Below are positions 18,019-26,240 of a stretch of DNA of 64,000 bases, piece by piece (the first letter of the stretch is position 1; every line of letters begins with the position of its first letter). The stretch lies in the IMG/VR virus record IMGVR_UViG_3300037264_006128, positions 1 through 64,000 of that record; one strand, 5' to 3'. The translations under genes were made by a program, and so were the position numbers. Below the pieces are notes generated by a model. That model was not told where the DNA came from, did not search any database, and saw nothing but the letters and a program-made list of their open reading frames with translations. This DNA comes from a virus.

Positions 18019-18870
18019 ATGAAGCACGTGCGGGTTCCCGGAACGGAACGGATGGCCCGGGGGGTCTCCTTCCGCAGGCTGCGCCGGCTGCACGGGAAAG
18101 AGGTGGCACAGATCGCAGAAGAGGCGATGCGCTGCGCCAAGAAACGAGGGCACAAGCCGGGGATGTTGATGGACTGTGGGGGGACGGGTTTAAGGCTGAA
18201 GGCGCGGTGCATGAAAGAGGGCTGCGGGTGTGCCGTGATGGTGGCGCCGGACAGGGCAGCCGTGGACGGTGCTGGATTTGGGGGCAGCGCGATAGAGAAC
18301 CGCTGCCCAACAGCCAACCCGATAGGGTTAAGGAGGAACGAGATGAGCGACGGAAAGAAGAAGCGAACGAAAAAGGCAGAGGCGGGGATAGGCACCGAAA
18401 CCGTGCCGGTGGAGGTGCAGGTGGAGCAACCCGCCCCAAAACGGAAGCGGAAGGCGGCAGAGCCGCAGGCGGAAGCCACGAAGGTGCAGAAGCCCTCCCC
18501 GCCGCCATTCAAGCCGCGCAAGCCGAAGGTGGACATCGAGCCGCCGGTGGAAGCCACGAAGGACCTGAAGCAGGTGGTGGCACGCGCCAAGAAGGCGAAG
18601 GCGGAGGCGGTGGAACGTCAGAAGGTGAAGACGGAAGAGGCGAAGCAACGCCGCCACAAGCACGACATCGTTCCGTTCAAGGGCAAGCTGCCGGTGGAGG
18701 AGAACCCAAGCCTGAAGTTCCTGGGGAAGGTGGGGAATGACCTGTATGTGTACGAGAAGACCTTCAAGAGCGGAACGACATGGAACTACTACTTCACCCT
18801 GGACGGGAAGAGGTTCGAGTCCGTGCCGGCGGCCGAGCGCTACTTGGAAGAGCTTGCCAAGGCTGCCTGA
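18019..18870 (+). CDS. Lys/Pro/Glu-rich protein with C-terminal MBD/AP2-like domain; second in-frame start at 18343
   Basis: RBS before both ATG 18019 and ATG 18343; C-terminal KSG..YYFTLDGKRFESVPAAERYL. Confidence 0.7.
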   Translation: MKHVRVPGTERMARGVSFRRLRRLHGKEVAQIAEEAMRCAKKRGHKPGMLMDCGGTGLRLKARCMKEGCGCAVMVAPDRAAVDGAGFGGSAIENRCPTANPIGLRRNEMSDGKKKRTKKAEAGIGTETVPVEVQVEQPAPKRKRKAAEPQAEATKVQKPSPPPFKPRKPKVDIEPPVEATKDLKQVVARAKKAKAEAVERQKVKTEEAKQRRHKHDIVPFKGKLPVEENPSLKFLGKVGNDLYVYEKTFKSGTTWNYYFTLDGKRFESVPAAERYLEELAKAA

Positions 18871-18878
18871 AAAAAGGG

Positions 18879-18929
18879 GGGGCAACCTCCGGGTCTACCT
18901 TGGGGGTGGTGTGACTCGGCGGTTGCCCC
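18879..18929 (+). other. long imperfect RNA hairpin (terminator or RNase III site)
   Basis: GGGGCAACC-T-CCGGGTC...GACTCGG-C-GGTTGCCCC. Confidence 0.6.
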
Positions 18930-19005
18930 GGCAACGGAAAGGAGGTTGAACGGCAGGCCAACCTGATGGACCGTTTACAGGAAAAGAAAGGAGTGTGCAA
19001 GGGCT

Positions 19006-19254
19006 ATGACAAGAAAAACATGTGGTGCGGCACTGCTCGCCCTGGCCTTGTTGGTGGCAGGCGGGTGCAGCGACCAGTGCGACGAGGAGTACAGTTACAC
19101 AGACTCATACGGCAGTTCCGTGGAGTGCTGCAAGGAATGCGACTCAAACGGGGAGCAGTGCACTACGGACTGTTCCGGCAGTGGTGGCGGGGGTGGAACG
19201 GAGCCGACGCCAACGCCAACGCCAAAGGAGGTGACAGATGGCGAATCAGCCTGA
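19006..19254 (+). CDS. small Cys-rich lipoprotein
   Basis: signal peptide with lipobox LVAGG-C; TPTPTP tail. Confidence 0.75.
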   Translation: MTRKTCGAALLALALLVAGGCSDQCDEEYSYTDSYGSSVECCKECDSNGEQCTTDCSGSGGGGGTEPTPTPTPKEVTDGESA

Positions 19255-19552
19255 CAAAATCCTGCACGTGGACCTGGATCTGCTTGTTCAACAGGCGGAC
19301 GTTCTTGGCGACGTGGGGGATGAACTGGAAGAAGAAGACAACGACCTGCTGGAAGGTGTCAGGAACATGCTTGGCGACATCTACGCGGCGTTGGTCGCGA
19401 ACCAAAACGTGCTTCTGACCCGCAAGGCGGTAGGCGAGTGCAAGTTCTGCGGGCTGGATGGCCCGGGGTTCTCGCCGGAAGACTTCCACTACCACGACGG
19501 TGGTTGGGTGTGCCCGAACTGCTGGGACGAGCGGCTGCGGGAAACGGAGTGA
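19238..19552 (+). CDS. acidic hypothetical protein with Zn ribbon
   Basis: GGAGGTG RBS; CKFC...CPNC. Confidence 0.7.
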   Translation: MANQPDKILHVDLDLLVQQADVLGDVGDELEEEDNDLLEGVRNMLGDIYAALVANQNVLLTRKAVGECKFCGLDGPGFSPEDFHYHDGGWVCPNCWDERLRETE

Positions 19553-19556
19553 CGGG

Positions 19557-19823
19557 ATGTACGTGTTCGACCTGAAATGCCCACGATGCGAAGAGGCGGG
19601 GTTCGCGATCCCTTTCATTTTTGAATTCACAATCGAGCCGTATTGCCCACCGAATTCCTGCGGACCGGCAGACAACTGGTTCCCGGCGGAAGGCGGATAC
19701 GCAGAGCATAACAACGGGGATTACGTGAACGGGAGGTGGGTTTGCCCGAAGTGCAGCGGGAGGGCCCCAGGGGAAGAGGAGGCGTACACCGCGTGGAAGA
19801 ATTACCAGCGGGATTGCTACTGA
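19557..19823 (+). CDS. Zn-ribbon hypothetical protein
   Basis: CPRC...CPKC. Confidence 0.6.
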   Translation: MYVFDLKCPRCEEAGFAIPFIFEFTIEPYCPPNSCGPADNWFPAEGGYAEHNNGDYVNGRWVCPKCSGRAPGEEEAYTAWKNYQRDCY

Positions 19824-19834
19824 AGGGAGAGTTG

Positions 19835-20305
19835 ATGGCAGATCTACAATGTCCGAAGTGCCTACAAAGGCACGGAATGGTAGTGACCGCAACGGCGGAT
19901 TTCATCATCATGGCTGGGTCGCGGCCGGAACTGGCCGCAGACAGCCGGCCGCAGTGGGTAAGCGAAAGTCGTTGCACGTGCCCACGGTGCGGGTGGGTGG
20001 GGGAGATGCAGGAAGCTGGGGCGATGGCTGCTGTCAACGGCGGGTCCTTCACGCAGCTTCTGCTTCAAGCGGTACGCCCACGGGGGTACGACCCAGCCAA
20101 CCGGCCGGTGTTCGAGGCCGTAGAGGGCCCAGGGACCGGCAACGACTATGTGGTGATCTGCGGGCTGGAACCCTCCGGGGTTCGTTGCCAGCTTACGTCG
20201 CCAATGGAGCAGGATGCAGCAAAGGCACTACTTGGCGTTATCAACAGGAGGGCGGCGTTGCCCATTTTGAAAAGAAAGGAGGCGGGGGAATGCAATACAA
20301 AGTGA
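19835..20305 (+). CDS. Zn-ribbon protein, N-terminus resembles 12210-12416
   Basis: CPKC...W.SESRC.CPRC. Confidence 0.65.
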   Translation: MADLQCPKCLQRHGMVVTATADFIIMAGSRPELAADSRPQWVSESRCTCPRCGWVGEMQEAGAMAAVNGGSFTQLLLQAVRPRGYDPANRPVFEAVEGPGTGNDYVVICGLEPSGVRCQLTSPMEQDAAKALLGVINRRAALPILKRKEAGECNTK

Positions 20306-20496
20306 TCGTGGGCAATATCGGGACGGTGTGCAGAACGAACAGCCGTATGGCCGCAGTGGAGCGGTATGGCGACTACGTGCTGCAGAGCACGATCGGTTAC
20401 GGGCGGGCGGCGGGGGAGCCTGTGACGCTGATGAGGGATGGGGAGCCGATCAAGGAGCATTTCGGGGACCCTGGCGAAGGAAAAAGCGAGGGGTAG
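20290..20496 (+). CDS. conserved small phage protein (VIVGNIGTV...GRAAGE motif)
   Basis: RBS and motif. Confidence 0.7.
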   Translation: MQYKVIVGNIGTVCRTNSRMAAVERYGDYVLQSTIGYGRAAGEPVTLMRDGEPIKEHFGDPGEGKSEG

Positions 20497-20498
20497 GC

Positions 20499-20726
20499 AT
20501 GAAGGAACGGATTTTTTGCGAGTGGTGCGAAGGTGAAGAGATGCTACCAGCCACCGTCGTGCTGACGGTGACCGACTTAGAAGGCCTCCTGTTCGAACGG
20601 TACCAGTTATGCGTGGCGTGCCTAGCTAGTATTTCGAAGACCCTTTACTTCGGTCTTCCGGGAGAAATGAGCCAGAGCGCGAAGCAAGGGAGCAGGGGTT
20701 GTAACGAAGGGAGTAAATCTTACTGA
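20499..20726 (+). CDS. hypothetical protein
   Basis: CEWC...CVAC. Confidence 0.55.
   Translation: MKERIFCEWCEGEEMLPATVVLTVTDLEGLLFERYQLCVACLASISKTLYFGLPGEMSQSAKQGSRGCNEGSKSY
20701..20725 (+). repeat. variant site GTAACG-N12-CTTACTG
   Basis: shares about 45 bp of context with the copy at 25866. Confidence 0.75.
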
Positions 20727-20759
20727 GGCAAAGAAAGACTGACGGAAGGAGGATGGTGG

Positions 20760-20954
20760 ATGTGTGGGTTCAAGCGGGACGAAGTCAACGGGTTACTGTA
20801 CTTCCTACCCTATCACGCGGAGGTGGCAGCAATGGAGCTTGGAGCAACGGCAGAATTCGCCTCTTCGATCGCGAACCGAATGTTACAGAAGGCAATCGAG
20901 GCGGAAGAAAGGAACGGGGACAATGGACAGGAAGCAGATGCGGGAATGGATTGA
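20760..20954 (+). CDS. hypothetical protein
   Basis: AGGAGG RBS. Confidence 0.55.
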   Translation: MCGFKRDEVNGLLYFLPYHAEVAAMELGATAEFASSIANRMLQKAIEAEERNGDNGQEADAGMD

Positions 20955-21120
20955 CGGAGCCACCTACGAGGAACTTCTGAGCAGATGGCGCTTCGCACCG
21001 GCCGGGGACCCGATGTTCTGTGGGGAAATCGGGGATTACTACACTGAGGTGATCAGAAGAAAGCGCGACGAGTTGCCCGCCGGTGAAGCCGTAAGAACGA
21101 GCAGGGCGATCGGATGGTAG
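20923..21120 (+). CDS. conserved small phage protein (LLSRWRFAPAGDPMF.GE.GDYY)
   Basis: recurrent phage motif. Confidence 0.7.
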   Translation: MDRKQMREWIDGATYEELLSRWRFAPAGDPMFCGEIGDYYTEVIRRKRDELPAGEAVRTSRAIGW

Positions 21121-21155
21121 CGGCGCGGAGCGAGAACGCTCCCACAGAAGCGCGC

Positions 21156-21184
21156 TTGCAAAGCGTGCGCGTTTGTGCGATGAT
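21156..21184 (+). promoter_or_regulatory. sigma70 promoter for the AAA module
   Basis: TTGCAA-N17-GATGAT with TG extension; CGCTTGCAAAGCGT identical to the promoters at 4125 and 6205. Confidence 0.65.
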
Positions 21185-21227
21185 TCTTTCGGCCGCGGTT
21201 TTCGGCCGAAATTGAAAGGAGGTGGGC

Positions 21228-22751
21228 ATGAAGGAGCTGATCGAACAGCTGAAACAGGCAAGAAAGGTGGCGACCCCACTGGTGGTGGTGGGGACGTATG
21301 ACCCGGAAGTTACGTTGACCACCCTGCGTACGTTGCTGAACGGAAAGAGCCCGCTGTTGACGTGGGATTGCGTTGACGGCGTACGGGAAAGGAACGAGCT
21401 GGGGCAGGCGGCAATGAGTGCTGTAAACCCAGAGCAGTGCTTCAAACCTACGGGGATGCTGGTGCAGGCAAGGGAACTACCGGCGAAGACCGTTTTGGCA
21501 ATGGTTCACCCGCATCGGTTCTTCGATGACCCCACGGTGGTAGAGGCGATTCGGCAGCTACGCGACCCGTTCGCTACGAACACGCGCATGCTGGTGCTGC
21601 TGTGCCCGGAGGCATCGGTGCCGCAGGAGTTGCGGCAATCGGTGGTGACGCTGAACGAACGGCTGCCTACAAAGGAGCAGCTGAGTTCCGTGGCGCAGGT
21701 GGTGTACAACGACCTGCGGGAGAAGAACCCGGCAACGCCAGCCCCTACCGAACAGGACCTGACGGCCGCGGCGCAAGCCATGCAGGGGTTCGGCAAGTTC
21801 ATGGCTAGCCAGGTCGGCTACCTGGGGATCAACTTCGATACCGCACGGGTGGACATCGAAGCGATGTGGGGCGTGAAGCGTTCGTTGATTGCGCAGGTGC
21901 CGGGGCTGAGCGCGGTGGAACCGGGCCTAACGTTTGCGGACATCGGCGGTTGCGGGGCGGCGAAGGAATACATGCTGCGCCGCGCTGCCGGAAAGAGGCG
22001 CCCAGCCCTGATCGTGATGATTGACGAGATCGAGAAGCAGATGGCGGGGAGCGGTTCCGGTGGGGATTCCAGTGGTGTGAGCACCTACATCAAGGGCGCG
22101 ATTCTGCAAGCGTGGCAGGACTACGAGTGGGATGGGATGTTGGAGCCGGGGCCGCCGGGGTGCAGCAAGAGCCACTTCATCAAGTGCTGCGCGGCGGAAC
22201 TGAAAGTGCCTGTTTTCAAGATGGACCTTGGCGCGACCAAGGGCCAGTACGTGGGCGTATCCGAACAGAACATCAACGAGGCCTTGCGCACGTTGCACGC
22301 CATCGGCGGGAAGGACGTGTTCTTCATGGCCACGTGCAACGACATGCAGGTGGTGACCGCCGATCTGCGACGCCGGTTCCGTTCTGGCGTATGGTACTTC
22401 CCACTTCCGGGGGGCGACGAGTTGGACGCGATCTGGGGCATTCACCTTACCAAACGCGGATTGCCGCTGGATATGCCGCGGCCGGACGATACGAACTACA
22501 CCGGCAGCGACGTGGAAACGGTGTGCGAACGGGCGTGGGAGCTGGAGATCGACTTGAAAGAAGCGGCCGAGAAGTACCTGACGCCAGTGTTCAAGACCAA
22601 CCGGGAAAGCATCCTAGCGTTGGAGAAGTTGGCGGCAGGGCGATTCCTGGACGCGAACACCGGAGGGCTGTACAACCCAAGCGCAGGTAGCCGCAGACAG
22701 GTCAGGCGGGTTTCCTCCGGGCGTGGGTTGGGAGCCGTGGCGAATGGGTAG
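21228..22751 (+). CDS. Ycf46-like AAA+ ATPase with permuted Walker B/Walker A order
   Basis: IVMIDEIEK precedes GPPGCSKS; then VGVSEQN, ATCND (sensor 1) and LRRRF (Arg finger). Confidence 0.85.
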   Translation: MKELIEQLKQARKVATPLVVVGTYDPEVTLTTLRTLLNGKSPLLTWDCVDGVRERNELGQAAMSAVNPEQCFKPTGMLVQARELPAKTVLAMVHPHRFFDDPTVVEAIRQLRDPFATNTRMLVLLCPEASVPQELRQSVVTLNERLPTKEQLSSVAQVVYNDLREKNPATPAPTEQDLTAAAQAMQGFGKFMASQVGYLGINFDTARVDIEAMWGVKRSLIAQVPGLSAVEPGLTFADIGGCGAAKEYMLRRAAGKRRPALIVMIDEIEKQMAGSGSGGDSSGVSTYIKGAILQAWQDYEWDGMLEPGPPGCSKSHFIKCCAAELKVPVFKMDLGATKGQYVGVSEQNINEALRTLHAIGGKDVFFMATCNDMQVVTADLRRRFRSGVWYFPLPGGDELDAIWGIHLTKRGLPLDMPRPDDTNYTGSDVETVCERAWELEIDLKEAAEKYLTPVFKTNRESILALEKLAAGRFLDANTGGLYNPSAGSRRQVRRVSSGRGLGAVANG

Positions 22752-23172
22752 CCGGCGGAAGAAGGGCCAGTGCAGACCCGCGCCGCCGCCGCCACAAAAG
22801 CCAGCCAAGAAGATCGAGGTTGTTCGCCTGATCTTCATCGCGCTCTGCGTTGGCTACATCTTCGTGGCAAGGGAACCGGACCCAGAGTGCGGCAAGGCAC
22901 AGGCGCGGTTCTACGTGGCGGTGGAGGAATCAATGCGCCAGCAATCGTGTAGTGGGCTGAAGCAGGCGAGGGTGGAACTGGAGAAGATCCGCGCCCACTG
23001 CGGAAAGGCTGGGGCGTCGAACGAAGCGCGGATGCAGCGGTTGCAGGACATGGGCATCTGCGGGGTACGGCAATCATTCTTCTACTTCGAGGTTCCGATG
23101 GGGGAGGAGGATGATCTGGGATGGGCAGAGGAATGGGCCGCGAAGGCGGTGGAATACGTAACGGCGTTGTGA
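22744..23172 (+). CDS. single-pass membrane protein
   Basis: hydrophobic IEVVRLIFIALCVGYIFV segment. Confidence 0.65.
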   Translation: MGSRRKKGQCRPAPPPPQKPAKKIEVVRLIFIALCVGYIFVAREPDPECGKAQARFYVAVEESMRQQSCSGLKQARVELEKIRAHCGKAGASNEARMQRLQDMGICGVRQSFFYFEVPMGEEDDLGWAEEWAAKAVEYVTAL

Positions 23173-23203
23173 GTAACGCGCGAATTTACAAAGGAGGTGT
23201 ACG

Positions 23204-23668
23204 GTGAGCCATACGGTAAGTATCGAAATCGAGGTGACAGACTTGCACGCACTGGGGAAAGCCGCGGAAGACTGCGGATTGACGTTGGCGCTCGGACAGG
23301 AAACGTACCGCAAGTACCAGCGTTCAACCCCGGGGGAATGCACCCACGCCATTGGGGACCCGGCCGCCACGCGGACGTACGAAGTGGGCATAATGGAAGT
23401 CGGCTGCGAGGAGAAGGGCGCCCGCTACGAATTGATGTGGGACCCATACAATGGTGGGTACGGCCTGATGGATCACGTTGGGGAGGGCGCCTGTAAGCTG
23501 CGCCAGGCGTATGCCGTGCGGGTGGCGGAGAAGCAGGCACGTAAGGAAGGGTGGGAGGTGAACCTGAAGAAGCAGGACAACGGGGATGTGGTGTTGGAGC
23601 TGCGGCAGGAAGTAGGGGCAGGGGCGCAACAGTACGGCGCCGCCGCTCAGGCAGGACGCAACTGGTAG
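23204..23668 (+). CDS. DUF1257/Ycf35-like protein
   Basis: MSH..I...V.DL.AL..A...G start; YEL.WD...LRQAYA. Confidence 0.75.
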   Translation: MSHTVSIEIEVTDLHALGKAAEDCGLTLALGQETYRKYQRSTPGECTHAIGDPAATRTYEVGIMEVGCEEKGARYELMWDPYNGGYGLMDHVGEGACKLRQAYAVRVAEKQARKEGWEVNLKKQDNGDVVLELRQEVGAGAQQYGAAAQAGRNW

Positions 23669-23682
23669 GAAAGGAGGGAGCG

Positions 23683-23994
23683 ATGGCAAGGACGGCATTG
23701 ACAGACGGATCGGGTAGGTGGTTCGACCCAACGAAGTCTCAATCTTGGGAAGAAGGGACTTACTGGAACGGGAACAACCCCATTTCAATGGTGACCGGCA
23801 GCCAGTGGAATCACGAACAGCTCTACCGAACCAAGGGTGGCCGGTGGATCCTGCACGGGTGGTCCCAATGGCAAGGTTCCACGGACAGCTGGGCGGAAAT
23901 CACAAATGAAACTGCCGCACGTTGGCTCGTGCGCAACGAATGCGAGCCGCACGAAGCATGTGCGGCGGAGTTTGCGGAACTGGAAATCCAGTGA
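23683..23994 (+). CDS. conserved hypothetical protein (HEQLYRTKGGRWIL)
   Basis: GGAGGG RBS. Confidence 0.75.
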   Translation: MARTALTDGSGRWFDPTKSQSWEEGTYWNGNNPISMVTGSQWNHEQLYRTKGGRWILHGWSQWQGSTDSWAEITNETAARWLVRNECEPHEACAAEFAELEIQ

Positions 23995-24010
23995 AGGGAA
24001 GGAGGCGTTG

Positions 24011-24205
24011 ATGGCAGAGGTGTTCGTGAAAGTAACGGTTCACGCAGATGCGAAGACCGAAATTGCCGTGATGGAAGGCGCGGCCGGGGTGGAGTGCGAA
24101 AACCTGACAGCGGGGCTGGAGAAGGCGTTGGGGGTGCCGAAGAACCGCCAGCACACGGAAGACTACTTCAAGGTGAAGCGGCAGGGGCAGAGGCTGCGAT
24201 CGTAA
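24011..24205 (+). CDS. DUF2997-like protein
   Basis: V.V..D...I..EG..G..C..LT..LE.ALG. Confidence 0.7.
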   Translation: MAEVFVKVTVHADAKTEIAVMEGAAGVECENLTAGLEKALGVPKNRQHTEDYFKVKRQGQRLRS

Positions 24206-24225
24206 GGGCGGGAGGAGGTGAAACG

Positions 24226-24483
24226 ATGACATTCCTAACGGCACACTGCCTGGTGATCAAGCGGGACGGGACGATCAAGTGCGTGTACAACGATCGCGTG
24301 CAGCCGACCCTGGAAGGGCTTGGGGGAAAAATGAGCATCCGCAGGGCCAGCCACGTGGAGCCAACGGCGGATTGCAAGTGGGAAGCGGACCTTTCGCCTT
24401 CCCAGGGCCCGGTGCTGGGACCGTTCGAACGGCGGGAAGATGCGCTGGAAGCGGAACGGGCGTGGCTAGGGAGAAACTTGTAA
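24226..24483 (+). CDS. conserved partner of AAA/DUF1257/DUF2997 clusters
   Basis: IRRASHVEP...W.ADLSP..GPVLGPF..R..AL.AE..WL. Confidence 0.7.
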   Translation: MTFLTAHCLVIKRDGTIKCVYNDRVQPTLEGLGGKMSIRRASHVEPTADCKWEADLSPSQGPVLGPFERREDALEAERAWLGRNL

Positions 24484-24515
24484 GCGGGCTGGCAGCCCAA
24501 AAGGAGGAACAAGCA

Positions 24516-25505
24516 ATGAGTGAGGCAACGGAACAGGCAACTGAGAGCGCGCAGAACCAGGAAGTGGCCGCCAGCTTGATGAGCAAGTGCGTGGCCCTGG
24601 AAATCCGCAAGAGCGTACTGAACGTACAGCGAAAGACCAACGTGCGCAAGGCGCAGGCATCGGGGGATGGGGAGGTGACCAACATCGCGGAAATGGAAGG
24701 CGCGGTGTTGACGGATGCGGACCCGGATCAGGTGACGGTGCACAAGCGGATCCTGGACAGCCCGGAACTGAAGCAGGTAACCAAGAAGGACGGCGAGATT
24801 ACGCGGTGGCTGGACGATCGTTCCCTGAAGAGCTGCTTCCGGGGCGTGAAGTTCGTGCCGGTGGTGCTGTTGGAAGAGGTGGACGAACGGCTGTGCGAGT
24901 ACGTGGAAAACGAACGGCCCGTGTTGATCGAGGCATTCTTCGAAACGTACCCGGCGATGAAGGAGAAAGCCGAAGCGGAGTTGGGCAGCCTGTACCAGGA
25001 GTCGGACTATCCGCCGGAAACGTACTTGCGGGAGAAATTCAACTTCCGCTGGCAGTACCTAACGTACGACACGCCAGGCCGCCTGAAGCAGCTGAAGCGG
25101 GACGTGTGGCAGCGGGAAAAGGAGAAGATGAACGAACGGTTGACGGAGGCGTACGGGGAAATCCAGCAATCCCTGCGCGTGGTGTTCGCCGAACTGGTCG
25201 GCAACATGGCCACCTTCCTGCAGCCGGACGAGGAAGGGAAGCCCCGGCGGTTCAAGAAATCCAGCGTGGAGAAACTGGTGGGATTCATCGAGCTGTTCCA
25301 ACAGCGGAACGTGACCGACGATGCGCAGCTTGCTGGGCTGGTGGAAACCGCGAAGGAGATGTTGGAAGGAACGGACGCGGAAGATCTGCGCAAAGACGAG
25401 GCGCTACGGGCCGCGTTGGCGGACGGCATGGGCACGTTGTCTGTGGAACTGAAGAAGCTGACGGAGCAGGCGCCCACCCGGGGGCTGCTGGGGGAAGACG
25501 AGTAG
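24516..25505 (+). CDS. DUF3150-like alpha-helical protein
   Basis: AGGAGG RBS; LG.LY..SDYP....LR.KF motif. Confidence 0.65.
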   Translation: MSEATEQATESAQNQEVAASLMSKCVALEIRKSVLNVQRKTNVRKAQASGDGEVTNIAEMEGAVLTDADPDQVTVHKRILDSPELKQVTKKDGEITRWLDDRSLKSCFRGVKFVPVVLLEEVDERLCEYVENERPVLIEAFFETYPAMKEKAEAELGSLYQESDYPPETYLREKFNFRWQYLTYDTPGRLKQLKRDVWQREKEKMNERLTEAYGEIQQSLRVVFAELVGNMATFLQPDEEGKPRRFKKSSVEKLVGFIELFQQRNVTDDAQLAGLVETAKEMLEGTDAEDLRKDEALRAALADGMGTLSVELKKLTEQAPTRGLLGEDE

Positions 25506-25525
25506 GGGGGGCATCCTACACGAGG

Positions 25526-25571
25526 GCTTGCACAGCTGCTGCGTTTGCAACGACACGGCGGTTGTGCAAGC
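25526..25571 (+). other. 14-bp RNA stem with G-U pairs and an inner hairpin
   Basis: GCTTGCACAGCTGC / GCGGTTGTGCAAGC. Confidence 0.6.
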
Positions 25572-25594
25572 ATGGGGGGAAGGAAGGGAACGAC

Positions 25595-25813
25595 ATGAAA
25601 GTGTTTGTTTGGGAAGAAATCTGCCAATGTGCCACCCGCTACCATCACGAAGGTGGGGTTGTGGTCTTTGCGGAAAGCGAAACCCGGGCACGGGAGATTG
25701 CCAATGCGTGCCCAGGATGCGCGATCGATCCAACGGAGCACCCCAATGACATTCGGGAAGTGGCGGGCGGCGAAGAGGCAGTTTACATCATGCCGAATGC
25801 GGGGTGTTGCTGA
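25595..25813 (+). CDS. small hypothetical protein
   Basis: RBS, 72 aa. Confidence 0.65.
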   Translation: MKVFVWEEICQCATRYHHEGGVVVFAESETRAREIANACPGCAIDPTEHPNDIREVAGGEEAVYIMPNAGCC

Positions 25814-25865
25814 GAAGGCGGAAGGGGAGGTGGAACAAGGAGCGCTCGCCAAGGGAGCGGGGGAT

Positions 25866-25890
25866 ATAACGAAGGGGACAAAGCTTACTG
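25866..25890 (+). repeat. variant site ATAACG-N12-CTTACTG
   Basis: intergenic, directly before the RBS of 25908. Confidence 0.75.
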
Positions 25891-25907
25891 AGCAGAAAGG
25901 AGGCTAA

Positions 25908-26240
25908 GTGATGATAGTGGACGTTCCAGGAGAAGGGCAGTACAGCATCCGATTCGCCTACTTCCCAAGCGAAGACGGACGAAGGGCGGTTGGCTGTACC
26001 ATCGACAAGGTGGTGATGGATGGCGATGAGCCAACCTACCACACGCGCGCGGAGGGGATTTCTACGTGCAGCCGCAAGGACAACTACTGCCGCAAGGTGG
26101 GCCGCCTGATCGCTTTCCGGCGCGCGGTCGAGGAGGCTTTCCCGGGACCGAACCTCGAACGCAAGCGGGCCAGGGAGATGTTCTGGGGGACATTCCGCGC
26201 CATTTGCAAGCTGCCGGCAAAGAATCGCGGGGTGAGATAG
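25908..26240 (+). CDS. conserved phage protein (CSRKDNYCRKVGRLIAF)
   Basis: AGGAGG RBS. Confidence 0.7.
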   Translation: MMIVDVPGEGQYSIRFAYFPSEDGRRAVGCTIDKVVMDGDEPTYHTRAEGISTCSRKDNYCRKVGRLIAFRRAVEEAFPGPNLERKRAREMFWGTFRAICKLPAKNRGVR

